NCBI GenBank assembly: GCA_963783375.1
Contig: CAWANH010000028.1
Coordinates: forward strand, 1,888,001-1,952,000
Direction of reading: 5' to 3'
DNA: 64,000 nt
DNA from: Candidatus Eiseniibacteriota bacterium
Lineage (GTDB): Bacteria > Eisenbacteria > RBG-16-71-46 > JABDJR01
Part shown: positions 46,878 to 56,063 of the stretch, piece after piece
Layout of the letters: the number at the start of each line of letters is the position of its first letter
Numbering within the stretch: the stretch's first letter is position 1
Notes under the pieces: model-generated
Told to the model about the DNA's origin: nothing
The model's database searches: none
Seen by the model: the letters and a program-made list of their open reading frames with translations, nothing else
Translations under genes and position numbers: made by a program

Positions 46878-48007
46878 TCGGATCCGGCGTTCCCGGCGCG
46901 CTTGCCGCGCTGGGGGTGACCCTGGCCCTGCTCTTTCTGGCCGTCCAGCTCCTGAAACGCTTTCAGGGGACGTCCCCTCGCGGAGCGGCCGGGCACGTCC
47001 CGCTCCGGCTTCTGAAGCGGACCCCGTTGGGTCCCCGCCAGGGAGTGGGGCTCCTCCAGGTGGGGAACCGCGTGATCGTGGTCTCCATGGGTGAGAGCGG
47101 ATCCCGGTACCTGACCGAGCTCGAAGGGGAGGATCTGGTCGGAGTGCTCGAGGACTCGAAGCCGGAGGCGGGCAAGGGAACGGCGCGGGGACGGGGGCTT
47201 CTCGGAAAGCTACTTCCCGTGGTCGCGGTCATGGTCCTGGGAGCGGCCCTGGCCGCGGGCCCGGTCCTGGCCCAGAGCCCGCCGCCCGAGCCGGCTCCGG
47301 CCGCGCCGACCGTGGACGCCCTGACCGGGCTCGGTCCGCCGGTGAACGTGAGCGTAGGCCAGGGGAGCGACCAGGTCCGGTTCTCCGGCGCGGTGGGGGT
47401 GGTGGTGTTCATCGGAGCGCTCACCCTGCTTCCGGCGATCCTCCTCCTCATGACCAGCTTCACCCGGATCCTGGTGGTCCTCCAGTTCCTGCGTCCGGCC
47501 ATGGGCACCCAGAACACGCCGCCGGTGCAGCTTCTGGTTGCGCTCTCCCTCCTCCTCACCGGGTTGGTGATGGGGCCGGTGCTGCAGAAGGTCAACACCG
47601 CCGCGGTGCAACCCTACATGCGGGGCGAGATGGACCAGGCCGGGGCGCTCAGCGCCGGCATCCAGCCCTTCCGGGAATTCATGCTGGCCAACACCGGCCA
47701 GAAGGATCTCCTGCTCTTCACCCAGCTCGCCCATCTCGACGACGTGGCCTCGCCCGAGGACGTTCCCACCCTCACCCTGGCCTCGGCCTTCGTGACCAGC
47801 GAGCTTCGGACCGCGTTCCAGATGGGTTTCATGATCTTCATCCCGTTCATCGTGGTGGACCTCATCGTGGCCTCGGTGCTCATGAGCCTGGGGATGTTCA
47901 TGCTCCCCCCCATGATGGTCTCCCTGCCCTTCAAACTTCTCCTCTTCGTGCTCGCCGACGGGTGGACCCTGGTGGTCAAGAACCTCGTCATGAGCTTCGG
48001 GTCATGA
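46874..48007 (+). CDS. fliP: FliO-FliP fusion export gate protein
   Basis: N-terminal FliO-like (TM, RTPLGPRQGVGLLQVG); FliP motifs MTSFTRI, QNTPP, AFVTSELRTAF, LPFKLLLFVLADGW. Confidence 0.9.
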   Translation: MIGSGVPGALAALGVTLALLFLAVQLLKRFQGTSPRGAAGHVPLRLLKRTPLGPRQGVGLLQVGNRVIVVSMGESGSRYLTELEGEDLVGVLEDSKPEAGKGTARGRGLLGKLLPVVAVMVLGAALAAGPVLAQSPPPEPAPAAPTVDALTGLGPPVNVSVGQGSDQVRFSGAVGVVVFIGALTLLPAILLLMTSFTRILVVLQFLRPAMGTQNTPPVQLLVALSLLLTGLVMGPVLQKVNTAAVQPYMRGEMDQAGALSAGIQPFREFMLANTGQKDLLLFTQLAHLDDVASPEDVPTLTLASAFVTSELRTAFQMGFMIFIPFIVVDLIVASVLMSLGMFMLPPMMVSLPFKLLLFVLADGWTLVVKNLVMSFGS

Positions 48008-48010
48008 GCC

Positions 48011-48283
48011 ATGTCCGCTGATGCCGCCGTCGAAATCGTCCGCCGGGCCATCATGATGGCGGTCACCGTCTCGGCCCCGCTTCTCCTGGTGTCCCTGGCC
48101 GTGGGGGTGGTGGTGAGCCTCGTTCAGGCGGTCACCCAGATCCAGGAGCAGACCCTGACCTTCATTCCCAAGATCCTGGCGGTGGGGATCGTCTTTCTTC
48201 TCATGCTGCCCTGGATCCTGGACCGGCTGATCGGCTATCTCGCCGGATCGATCGCCACCTTGGGGAGCCTCGCCTTCCGATGA
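48011..48283 (+). CDS. fliQ: Export gate protein FliQ
   Basis: QAVTQIQEQTLTFIPK. Confidence 0.97.
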   Translation: MSADAAVEIVRRAIMMAVTVSAPLLLVSLAVGVVVSLVQAVTQIQEQTLTFIPKILAVGIVFLLMLPWILDRLIGYLAGSIATLGSLAFR

Positions 48284-49068
48284 GCGGCACGATGATCGAC
48301 GCTCTCACCCCGGCGAACCTCCCCGTCTTCGCCTTCGTCCTCACCCGGGTGAGCGGGCTCATGACCGCGGCGCCCCTGTGGTCGATGAACGGCATACCCC
48401 GACAGATCCGGGTGGCGGTGACCGTGCTCCTCAGCCTGGTTCTCCTCCCCCTGGTTCCACAGACCCAGACTCCCGATTCCCTCGCCCTCCTCCCGGTGGG
48501 GATGGCGGTGGAGTTCCTGCTGGGGCTCACCATCGGCCTTACCGCGGCGGTGCTGGTGCACGGGGCGGCGATGGCCGGCGAGGTGCTCTCGCTCCAGATG
48601 GGGCTCTCCCTGGGACCGGCGATCGCGCCGATGACCGATGTGAACGTCCCCGGCGTGGGCCAGTTCACGAGCTTCCTCTCCCTCATGGTCTACATCGCGG
48701 TGGGGGGGCATCTGATGCTGATCCGGGGGGTGGCCGAGAGCCTGCAGAGCCTTCCCCCCGGAGCCACCGGGATCCTCGGAGGGGCCTCGGTAGGGGCCGC
48801 CCTGCTGGGGACGGTCTACACCACCGCCCTGGCCACCGCCGCCCCGGCCATGGTGGCGCTCCTCGCGGTGAACGTGGCGGTGGGGATCACCAGCCGGGCG
48901 GTTCCCCAGCTCCCGGCCATCCTCGTCCTCTTCCCGGTCACCATCGGAGTCGGCCTTTTCGTATTCGGACTTTCCGTCCCCGCCCTGGGCTCGGTGACCA
49001 CGGGTTGGATGTCGGAACTCACCCAACGGGTGGCCGGCGCGCTTCACGCGCTGGCCCCGGCGCACTGA
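48280..49068 (+). CDS. fliR: Export gate protein FliR
   Basis: RVSGLM..AP, AGEVLSLQMGL, GGH, RAVPQL..FP. Confidence 0.93.
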   Translation: MSGTMIDALTPANLPVFAFVLTRVSGLMTAAPLWSMNGIPRQIRVAVTVLLSLVLLPLVPQTQTPDSLALLPVGMAVEFLLGLTIGLTAAVLVHGAAMAGEVLSLQMGLSLGPAIAPMTDVNVPGVGQFTSFLSLMVYIAVGGHLMLIRGVAESLQSLPPGATGILGGASVGAALLGTVYTTALATAAPAMVALLAVNVAVGITSRAVPQLPAILVLFPVTIGVGLFVFGLSVPALGSVTTGWMSELTQRVAGALHALAPAH

Positions 49069-49078
49069 GGCAAGCGGC

Positions 49079-50191
49079 ATGGCGGACGATCCCCAGAGCG
49101 GTCAGGAACGGACCGAGGAGCCCACCGCAAAGCGGCGGGCCCACGCCCGCGAAGAGGGAAAGGTGGCTCGGAGCGCCGAGCTCTCCTCGGCGGTGGTGGT
49201 GCTCGCCTCCGCGGCCGCCCTGGCTTCGGTGGGGGGGAAGGCCTTCGGCGATTTCCCGCGCCGACTCCTCGAGGAGTGCTGGGGCGCGATGTCCTCCGGC
49301 CAGCTGGGGCCGGGAGGGGCGGCCGGCCTCCTTCGCATGGCGGTCGGCGGCTTCCTCACCACTTTCTTCGTCTTCGCCGGCGTGGTGACCACGATGGTGG
49401 TCCTGGTGAACGTGCTTCAGGCCCGCGGGGTCATGAGCTTGCAGCCGGTCTCGCCCAAGCTCTCCCATCTGAACCCGCTCCAGGGGGTCAAGCGGCTGTT
49501 CAGTCCGGAGGCGCTCTTCACCGGGTTCAAGGCGGTCCTGAAACTCGCGGCCATCGGGTTCGTGACCTGGTTCGTGGTGGGGCGGACCCTCACCGACCTC
49601 CTGGCCCTGGCCGGCGCCGGCCCCGGTCTGGTCGTGGCCACCGTGCGGCACGTATTGCTCCGGCTGGCCGTGGTGCTGGGCACCGCCTACCTGGCCCTGG
49701 CCGCGATCGACTACGCCTGGCAGCGCTTCCGGATGGAGAAGAGCCTTCGCATGAGCCTCCAGGAAGTGCAGCACGAGCGGAAGGACAGCGAGGGGAATCC
49801 CCAGGTCAAGGCCCGGGTCCAGGCCCTGGCCCGAAGCTTCGCCCGGCGTCGCATGCTCCACCAGGTGCCGAACGCGGACGTGGTGGTGGCCAACCCCACC
49901 CACATCGCGGTGGCCTTGAAATACGACACCTCGGTCTCCGCGGCGCCGGTGGTCCTGGCCATGGGCCAGCGCAAGCTCGCCGAACGGATCAAGCGGATCG
50001 CTCGCAAGGCCGACGTCCCGGTGGTGGAGAACCGCGAGGTGGCCCGCGCCCTCCTCGCCACCGCCAAGGTGGGCCAGCCCATTCCACCCGCCCTCTACGC
50101 GGCGGTGGCCGAGATCCTGGCCTTCGTCTACCGCCGGAGATACGGCGGGCGTCTTCCCAGCACTGAACTCGTTCCCGGGAGGGTCTCGTGA
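49079..50191 (+). CDS. flhB: Export switch protein FlhB
   Basis: ERTEEPTAKR, EGNPQVK, NPTH autocleavage motif. Confidence 0.97.
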   Translation: MADDPQSGQERTEEPTAKRRAHAREEGKVARSAELSSAVVVLASAAALASVGGKAFGDFPRRLLEECWGAMSSGQLGPGGAAGLLRMAVGGFLTTFFVFAGVVTTMVVLVNVLQARGVMSLQPVSPKLSHLNPLQGVKRLFSPEALFTGFKAVLKLAAIGFVTWFVVGRTLTDLLALAGAGPGLVVATVRHVLLRLAVVLGTAYLALAAIDYAWQRFRMEKSLRMSLQEVQHERKDSEGNPQVKARVQALARSFARRRMLHQVPNADVVVANPTHIAVALKYDTSVSAAPVVLAMGQRKLAERIKRIARKADVPVVENREVARALLATAKVGQPIPPALYAAVAEILAFVYRRRYGGRLPSTELVPGRVS

Positions 50192-52374
50192 GCTCCGTGG
50201 ACAGCACCGCCGGCGTGGCCGGTCTCCGGCCGGCGGCCGGCGAGGCCTCCTCCGCCCCCTCTTCCCGTCACGTGGCCTCCGGGTCCGGCGCGGGCCGGGG
50301 CGCGATGAAACCCCGGTCGGCGTTCCGTTTCGGTTCCTCGGGAGAGGCCTGGCTGGCCATCGGGGTGGTGGCGGTGGTCGGGCTCCTGGTGGTCCCGCTT
50401 CCCCCCTTCGCCCTCGACGTCTTCCTGGCCCTGAGCTTCGGCCTGGCGGTGGTGGTGCTCCTGGTGGTGGTCTCCGCCCAGGATCCCCTGGAGTTCAGCA
50501 TCTTCCCCAGCCTCCTGCTCCTTTTGACCCTCTTCCGGCTGGGGCTCAACGTGAGCAGCACCCGGCTCATCCTCTCCACCGCCAGCGCGGGCCAGGTGAT
50601 CTCCGCCTTCGGGAACTTCGTGATCGGCGGCAACCTGGTGGTGGGGCTGGTCATCTTCCTCATCCTGGTGGTGATCAACTTCGTGGTCATCACCAAGGGG
50701 GCGGGCCGGATCGCCGAGGTCGCGGCGCGCTTCACCCTGGATGCCATGCCGGGCCGGCAGATGAGCATCGACGCCGACCTCGGCGCCGGGCTCATCGACG
50801 AGAACGAAGCCCGCCGCCGCCGGGAGGAGATCAACCGCTACGCCGACTTCTACGGGGCCATGGACGGGGCGGCCAAGTTCGTCCGCGGGGACGCGGTGGC
50901 CGGGCTCATCATCACCGGCATCAACCTGGTGGGCGGCTTCGTGATCGGGATGACCCAGCGCGGGATGTCGGCCTCCGGGTCGCTCTCCACCTTCAGCACC
51001 CTCACCGTGGGCGACGGCCTGGTCACCCAGATCCCCGCCCTGGTGGTCAGCACCGCGGCGGGCATCCTGGTCACCTACGGTTCCTCCCGGGTGGCCATGG
51101 GCCCGTCCATCGGGCGCCAGCTCACCCGGAGCGTGACCGCCATCATGACCGCGGCGGGGATCCTGGCTCTTTTCGCGGTGGTGCCCGGGCTTCCCCCGGT
51201 GCCGTTCCTGTTCCTGGCCGCGGTGACCTTCCTGATCGGATTCACGGTCCGGCGCCGGCGGGGTCGGGCGGCGGTCGAGGCCTCGGAGGAGGCGGGCGTC
51301 GAGGCGGGGACCGCCGCCGGGCCCGCTCTCCAGGAGCTTCTGACCGTGGAGCCCCTGGAGCTGGAGGTCGGGTACGGGCTCATCCCGCTGGTGGACGAGA
51401 GCCGCGGCGGGGACCTGCTCCGCCGGGTGGGCATTCTCCGGAAACAGCTCGCGGTGGAGCTGGGGATCGTCGTGCCTCCGGTGCGGGTGCGCGACAACAT
51501 CCAGCTCGGCGCCCAGGAATACGCGGTGAAGGTGCGGGGGATCCGGGTGGCCGGATCCGATCTCCGGCCGGGCATGTTGATGGCCCTGGACACCCGCGGG
51601 GACGCGGCGCCGATGGCCGGGACCGCGGCGAAAGACCCGAGCTTCGGTCTCCCCGCGGTGTGGATCCAGCCCCATCAGCGCCCGGCGGCGGAAGCGGCGG
51701 GCTACACCGTGGTCGATCCGCCCACCGTGCTCACCACCCACCTCATGGAGACCATCCGCGCCCACGCTGCCGAACTCCTGAGCCGCCAGGACGCGCGGGA
51801 GCTTCTGGACGGTCTCAAGGAAACCCATCCGTCCCTGGTGGAGGACGTGGTGCCGGCCAAGGTGTCGCTCGGAACCTTCCACCGGGTGCTCCAACGGCTG
51901 GTGCGCGAGGGGATCCCGGTTCGCGACCTGATCACCATTCTCGAGACCCTCTCCGACGCCGCCGAACAGACCAAGGACCCCGAGCTCCTCACCGAGCATG
52001 CCCGGCGCGCGCTCTCGATGGTCATCGCCCAGATGCTCCAGGACCCCGACGGCACCATCCGCGCGATCGCGGTGGGGTCCCGCCTCGAGGTCGCGCTCAT
52101 GCAGACCCTGAGCCCCAGCAAGCAGGAGGGGGGGCGCCGCGGGCTCGATCCCGGCCAGCTCACCCTCGCCCTGGAGGAACTGGGCCGGATCGCCGCCGGG
52201 AACGCGGGCGGCGGCGCGACCCTACCCCTCATCACCCCGCCCGCTCTGCGGATCGGGATCCGCCGGTTCCTGGAACCCAGCTTTCCCCGTCTGCCGGTGA
52301 TCTCCCTGGCCGAGGTCCCGCCGCAGACTCCGATTCAAACCGTCAGCCTGTGGGAGCTTCCCGATGCAGCATGA
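50188..52374 (+). CDS. flhA: Export gate protein FlhA
   Basis: RIAEVAARFTLDAMPGRQMSIDADL, FYGAMDGAAKFVRGD; real start may be slightly downstream. Confidence 0.97.
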   Translation: MSSVDSTAGVAGLRPAAGEASSAPSSRHVASGSGAGRGAMKPRSAFRFGSSGEAWLAIGVVAVVGLLVVPLPPFALDVFLALSFGLAVVVLLVVVSAQDPLEFSIFPSLLLLLTLFRLGLNVSSTRLILSTASAGQVISAFGNFVIGGNLVVGLVIFLILVVINFVVITKGAGRIAEVAARFTLDAMPGRQMSIDADLGAGLIDENEARRRREEINRYADFYGAMDGAAKFVRGDAVAGLIITGINLVGGFVIGMTQRGMSASGSLSTFSTLTVGDGLVTQIPALVVSTAAGILVTYGSSRVAMGPSIGRQLTRSVTAIMTAAGILALFAVVPGLPPVPFLFLAAVTFLIGFTVRRRRGRAAVEASEEAGVEAGTAAGPALQELLTVEPLELEVGYGLIPLVDESRGGDLLRRVGILRKQLAVELGIVVPPVRVRDNIQLGAQEYAVKVRGIRVAGSDLRPGMLMALDTRGDAAPMAGTAAKDPSFGLPAVWIQPHQRPAAEAAGYTVVDPPTVLTTHLMETIRAHAAELLSRQDARELLDGLKETHPSLVEDVVPAKVSLGTFHRVLQRLVREGIPVRDLITILETLSDAAEQTKDPELLTEHARRALSMVIAQMLQDPDGTIRAIAVGSRLEVALMQTLSPSKQEGGRRGLDPGQLTLALEELGRIAAGNAGGGATLPLITPPALRIGIRRFLEPSFPRLPVISLAEVPPQTPIQTVSLWELPDAA

Positions 52375-53359
52375 AACCTTTCGCGGCGCCCGTGTTCCCG
52401 AACTCTTCTCCCAGGCCCGGTCCGCGCTGGGACCGGATGCGGTGATTCTCTCGGTGCGGCGCCTGGACGGCGCCGACTTCGAGGTGGCCGCCGCGGACCC
52501 CGAAGCGGCGGCGGCCATCCGCGCCCGGGCGGCGGTCCGGGCCAAGGCCCTCCGGAGGCAATCGCCGGTCGAGATCGACACCGTCGGCGGGTGGGGGGTG
52601 GATCCGGGTGAGATCGCGGGCGGCTTCCGTCTTCCCGCGGCCGCTGCGCCCGCCTCTCCCGAGGCTGCACTGCCCGCGGCGGGTGGGGTCCCGCCCCGGG
52701 TCGCGAACCAGGTCCCGCGGACGCCGCCCGTTCCCTCGGCGAAGGGTCGTCCGCTGGTGATCGCCCTGGTGGGTCCCACCGGCGCGGGAAAGACCACCAC
52801 CGCGGCCAAGCTCAGCCGGAACGCCGCCGCCTTCGCCGGACGCCGGGTCGGGGTACTCACCCTCGATGGCTTCCGCGCCCGCGCGCTGGATCAGCTTCGG
52901 AGCTATCCCGGCCTCTCCGCCTTTTCCATGGCCGCGGCGTTCACTCGCGCGGACATTCGTCCGGCCCTCAAGCAGATGAAGGGGATGGATGTGGTGCTGG
53001 TGGACACCCCGGGGCGCGGTCCCCGCGGCCACGAGGACGCGGTGCGGATCCGGGAGTGCCTGTGGGCGCTCCGGCCGGACGAGGTGCACTTCGTCCTCCC
53101 GGCCGGACTCTCCACCGCCGCCGGACTCCGCGCCTTCGGTGAAGCGCGGAGCTTCTCGCCGACCCATCTGTTGCCGACCAAACTCGACGAGTATCCGGAG
53201 GACGTGGCGATCCTGTCCCTGGCGCGGCGCCTCGGGCTGGCGACGCGATGGGCCGCGGACGGGCAGCGCGTCCCGGGGGACCTTCGCGCCTTCTCCCTCC
53301 CCGAGCCGAGGGGCGAGCGTCCACTGCGACATGAAACCCTGAGCGTGGCGGGAGTGTGA
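52364..53359 (+). CDS. flhF: SRP-family GTPase FlhF
   Basis: LGPDAVILS N-terminus, GPTGAGKTTT, DTPGR, TKLDE, GQRVPGDL. Confidence 0.92.
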   Translation: MQHETFRGARVPELFSQARSALGPDAVILSVRRLDGADFEVAAADPEAAAAIRARAAVRAKALRRQSPVEIDTVGGWGVDPGEIAGGFRLPAAAAPASPEAALPAAGGVPPRVANQVPRTPPVPSAKGRPLVIALVGPTGAGKTTTAAKLSRNAAAFAGRRVGVLTLDGFRARALDQLRSYPGLSAFSMAAAFTRADIRPALKQMKGMDVVLVDTPGRGPRGHEDAVRIRECLWALRPDEVHFVLPAGLSTAAGLRAFGEARSFSPTHLLPTKLDEYPEDVAILSLARRLGLATRWAADGQRVPGDLRAFSLPEPRGERPLRHETLSVAGV

Positions 53360-54231
53360 TGTCCGGTCCTTCCGAATCCACCTTCATCCCGGAGCCGGAG
53401 CGATCCGGACCGCCGCCGGGAGCGGCACCGGCGCCGCGGGTCGTCTCCACCGCGGGGGCGACTCCACGGGACCGGGCCGGAGACGAGCTCTGGACCCGGT
53501 ACCGCCGGGACGGGGACCTTCGCGCCCGGGACCAGCTCCTGGAGCGCCACCTGGGTCTCGTTCACCGGGCGGCGCGGGAGGTCGTGCGTCACGCGCCGGC
53601 CTCGCTCGAGCTGGACGATCTGGTGGGAGCGGGGACGGTGGGTCTGGTCCAGGCCCTGGAAGCCTTCGACCCCGGTCGCGGCTTCGCGTTCAGCACCTTC
53701 GCCATGCCCCGCATCCGGGGGGCGATCCTCGACGAGGTGCGCGGTTGGGACTGGGTGCCCCGCTCGGTCCGCGAGCGGAACCGTCGCATCAAGAAGGCCG
53801 CCGACGGTCTCCGGCGCATGCTGGGCCGGGAACCCGAACCGGCCGAGGTGGCCGCCGCCCTGGGCATCGACGTCGAGACCTACCAGCGGCAGGCCGCCGA
53901 TCTTCGGGACCCGGTCCTGGTCGCCTTCGATCCCGGCCCCGACGAAGCCGGTGAGGGGGGCGGTCTGGCCGAAGTGCTCCCCGACGAATCGGCTCCCGAC
54001 CAGACCGCGGTGCTCGAGCGGTCCGAGACCATGGAGGGTCTGGCCGAGGCCTTCGCCTCGCTCTCCGAGCGGGATCGCCTGGTGCTGACCTTGTCCTACT
54101 ACGAACGGCTCACCCTGCAGGAGATCGGGGAGGTCCTCCACGTGACCGAGTCCCGGGTCTCCCAGATCCGGACCCGCGCCCACAAGCGGCTCCTGGAGCG
54201 GATGGAACCACCCCTCGACCGGGCGGCGTAG
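53356..54231 (+). CDS. fliA: Flagellar sigma factor FliA (sigma28)
   Basis: DDLVGAG..GL, RIRGAILDE.R..DWVPRSVR, LTLQEIGEVLHVTESRVSQI. Confidence 0.95.
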   Translation: MMSGPSESTFIPEPERSGPPPGAAPAPRVVSTAGATPRDRAGDELWTRYRRDGDLRARDQLLERHLGLVHRAAREVVRHAPASLELDDLVGAGTVGLVQALEAFDPGRGFAFSTFAMPRIRGAILDEVRGWDWVPRSVRERNRRIKKAADGLRRMLGREPEPAEVAAALGIDVETYQRQAADLRDPVLVAFDPGPDEAGEGGGLAEVLPDESAPDQTAVLERSETMEGLAEAFASLSERDRLVLTLSYYERLTLQEIGEVLHVTESRVSQIRTRAHKRLLERMEPPLDRAA

Positions 54232-54530
54232 CTCCGGACCTCTGTCGACGCCGCGCTTTGGCGGAGCGCCCGGGTGCCCGACGAGGAGGCGGGCGACATG
54301 GGGAGGCGATCCCCGGGCCGTTCCGCGCTCTCGGGTGCTGGAGCTTCGCGCGCGGGGCCGCCTCGACGCATCCTCCCTCGCGGCCTGCCTGGAGGCGCCT
54401 GCCCGCAATCGCTTTGGTTTCGACCCTCCCGAGGGACCCGATCTCGAGATCAGATCGCGGACCCAGGTATTGGCAATCGGCCACATGTTGTGGCAATATG
54501 GCCACGTCTTGTAACCATTGGAGCCTGTCC

Positions 54531-54869
54531 ATGATCCCTGCACTCGAAGCCCTGTTTGGCAGCCGGTCTGCAGCACAAACCTTGTTGTTCTTGCAGAACT
54601 ACGGTGAGGGACATGCCCGCCGGATAGCCGCCACATTCGATGTGTCCCACACGGCCATCCAACGGCAGCTGCAGCGCCTGGAAGCCGAGGGCATCCTCGT
54701 CAGCCGTATGGTCGGTAACACCCGGGTTTTCACGTGGAATCCACGCAGCGCCACAGTCAAGGAATTGCGCAAGTTTCTTGAGACCGAGTTGGACCGTCTC
54801 CCTGACGACCTGACAAAGCAGTACTTCCGGCAACGCCAGCGCCCACGCCGTAGCGGCAAAGCGCAATAA
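54531..54869 (+). CDS. Winged-helix HTH protein (putative antitoxin/regulator)
   Basis: LEALFGS, RRIAATF.VS.TAIQRQLQRLEAEGILVSR..GNTRVFTWNP. Confidence 0.75.
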   Translation: MIPALEALFGSRSAAQTLLFLQNYGEGHARRIAATFDVSHTAIQRQLQRLEAEGILVSRMVGNTRVFTWNPRSATVKELRKFLETELDRLPDDLTKQYFRQRQRPRRSGKAQ

Positions 54870-54872
54870 CCC

Positions 54873-55421
54873 ATGGGAATCAACGCGGGCACCACAGCCG
54901 TGGAGTTGGCCGCATTGGTCAGTCAGGCCTTGGAGGCTGCCGGCATCCAAGCAACGTTGTCAGGCGGCGGTGCAGTCTCCATGTACACCGACAATGAATA
55001 CAAGTCTGAGGACCTCGATTTCGTCACCGCCGAACGACGTGACCGGCTATCCGCCGCACTGGAGCCCCTTGGGTTCACCCTGGCCAGTGATCGGCGCCAT
55101 TTCACGCACCCAGGCACCGGACTGTTTCTGGAGTTCCCGCCTGCCCCCCTCGAGTTTGGCAGCCGGGTTGTGCAGCACGACGACATTCCCAGGATGAATA
55201 CGCCATGGGGACCGCTACGCGTCATCAGCCCGACGCTCTGCGTAATGGATCGTCTGGCCGCTTACTGGCACTGGAATGATCGCCAGTCCTGGGATCAGGC
55301 CGTGTTGGTGGCCAGACATCAGGACGTGGACTACGCGGAACTCGTCGCGTACGCGACGGATGAAAATGCCGACCCTCACGATATCGACAAGCTGCGCGAG
55401 CAGGCACGCCGACGACCTTAG
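54873..55421 (+). CDS. Nucleotidyltransferase-fold protein (AbiEii/DUF6036-like putative toxin)
   Basis: LSGGGAV..Y...SEDLDFV (GG + DxD Pol-beta signature); 3 bp after the HTH gene. Confidence 0.7.
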   Translation: MGINAGTTAVELAALVSQALEAAGIQATLSGGGAVSMYTDNEYKSEDLDFVTAERRDRLSAALEPLGFTLASDRRHFTHPGTGLFLEFPPAPLEFGSRVVQHDDIPRMNTPWGPLRVISPTLCVMDRLAAYWHWNDRQSWDQAVLVARHQDVDYAELVAYATDENADPHDIDKLREQARRRP

Positions 55422-55449
55422 TCACCTCAAGTCAACGTCGCCTTCCCCT

Positions 55450-55995
55450 TCATCGCAACTCGACATTGCCTCTGAGGTACGCCAATACCTGGCGAGCGCG
55501 CTCGTGAGGGCCCCCCGCCACCTCGATCGCGGGCACACCGAAGGCCCACCGGTCATCCAGGACGATGTCCAGAAGTTCCTGGTGTACGCGCCGCCTCAGA
55601 CGCACGTGGTCCAACTCGGACTCGGCCACGCGTTCCGGCTCTTCGATCGGGACGAATATGATGAGATCAAGCAGCTGCATGACATCGTGCAGCCCGGGCA
55701 ACCAGCGATCGACGTCGAACCCTTCCGGCTCGCCGTGTGCGATCAGGTAGGCCAGCATGTCCAACGGGCAACGGTCAAAAATGCAGTCTCCCTCGCTCTC
55801 AAAGATCGACTGGACCGAGCGCTCGAGTTGCAGTTCGAATTCCTCGATGCCGGGCATCTCCGCAAATGGGTGCCCCTCATCCTCGAGCAGATAGTACGGC
55901 TCATCGACCCGGCTGAACGCCGGAAGCGAACCGGCGAGTTCACCGACCAAGGTCGTCTTTCCGGTGCGATGTGCTCCTGAAACGGCGATTCTCAT
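55450..55995 (-). CDS. AAA_28/NadR-like P-loop ATPase or nucleotide kinase
   Basis: MRIAVSGAHRTGKTT, FDRCPLDMLAY. Confidence 0.8.
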   Translation of the reverse strand: MRIAVSGAHRTGKTTLVGELAGSLPAFSRVDEPYYLLEDEGHPFAEMPGIEEFELQLERSVQSIFESEGDCIFDRCPLDMLAYLIAHGEPEGFDVDRWLPGLHDVMQLLDLIIFVPIEEPERVAESELDHVRLRRRVHQELLDIVLDDRWAFGVPAIEVAGGPHERARQVLAYLRGNVELR

Positions 55996-56015
55996 GACCT
56001 GACCCTCGACCATCG

Positions 56016-56063
56016 GCCCAACATGGTGTTGAGCCTGCCAGGCCGACCCGTCACGGCCCTTGC
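56016..56063 (+). mobile_element. Integron attC-like half site
   Basis: GCCCAAC (RYYYAAC)-N5-GTTGAGCCTG...GTCACGGCCCTTGC; partner arm not found. Confidence 0.35.

Noticed and set aside
36352-52374. Non-flagellar type III injectisome
   Set aside because: Rod, hook, ring, stator and flagellin genes are all present and no secretin is seen.
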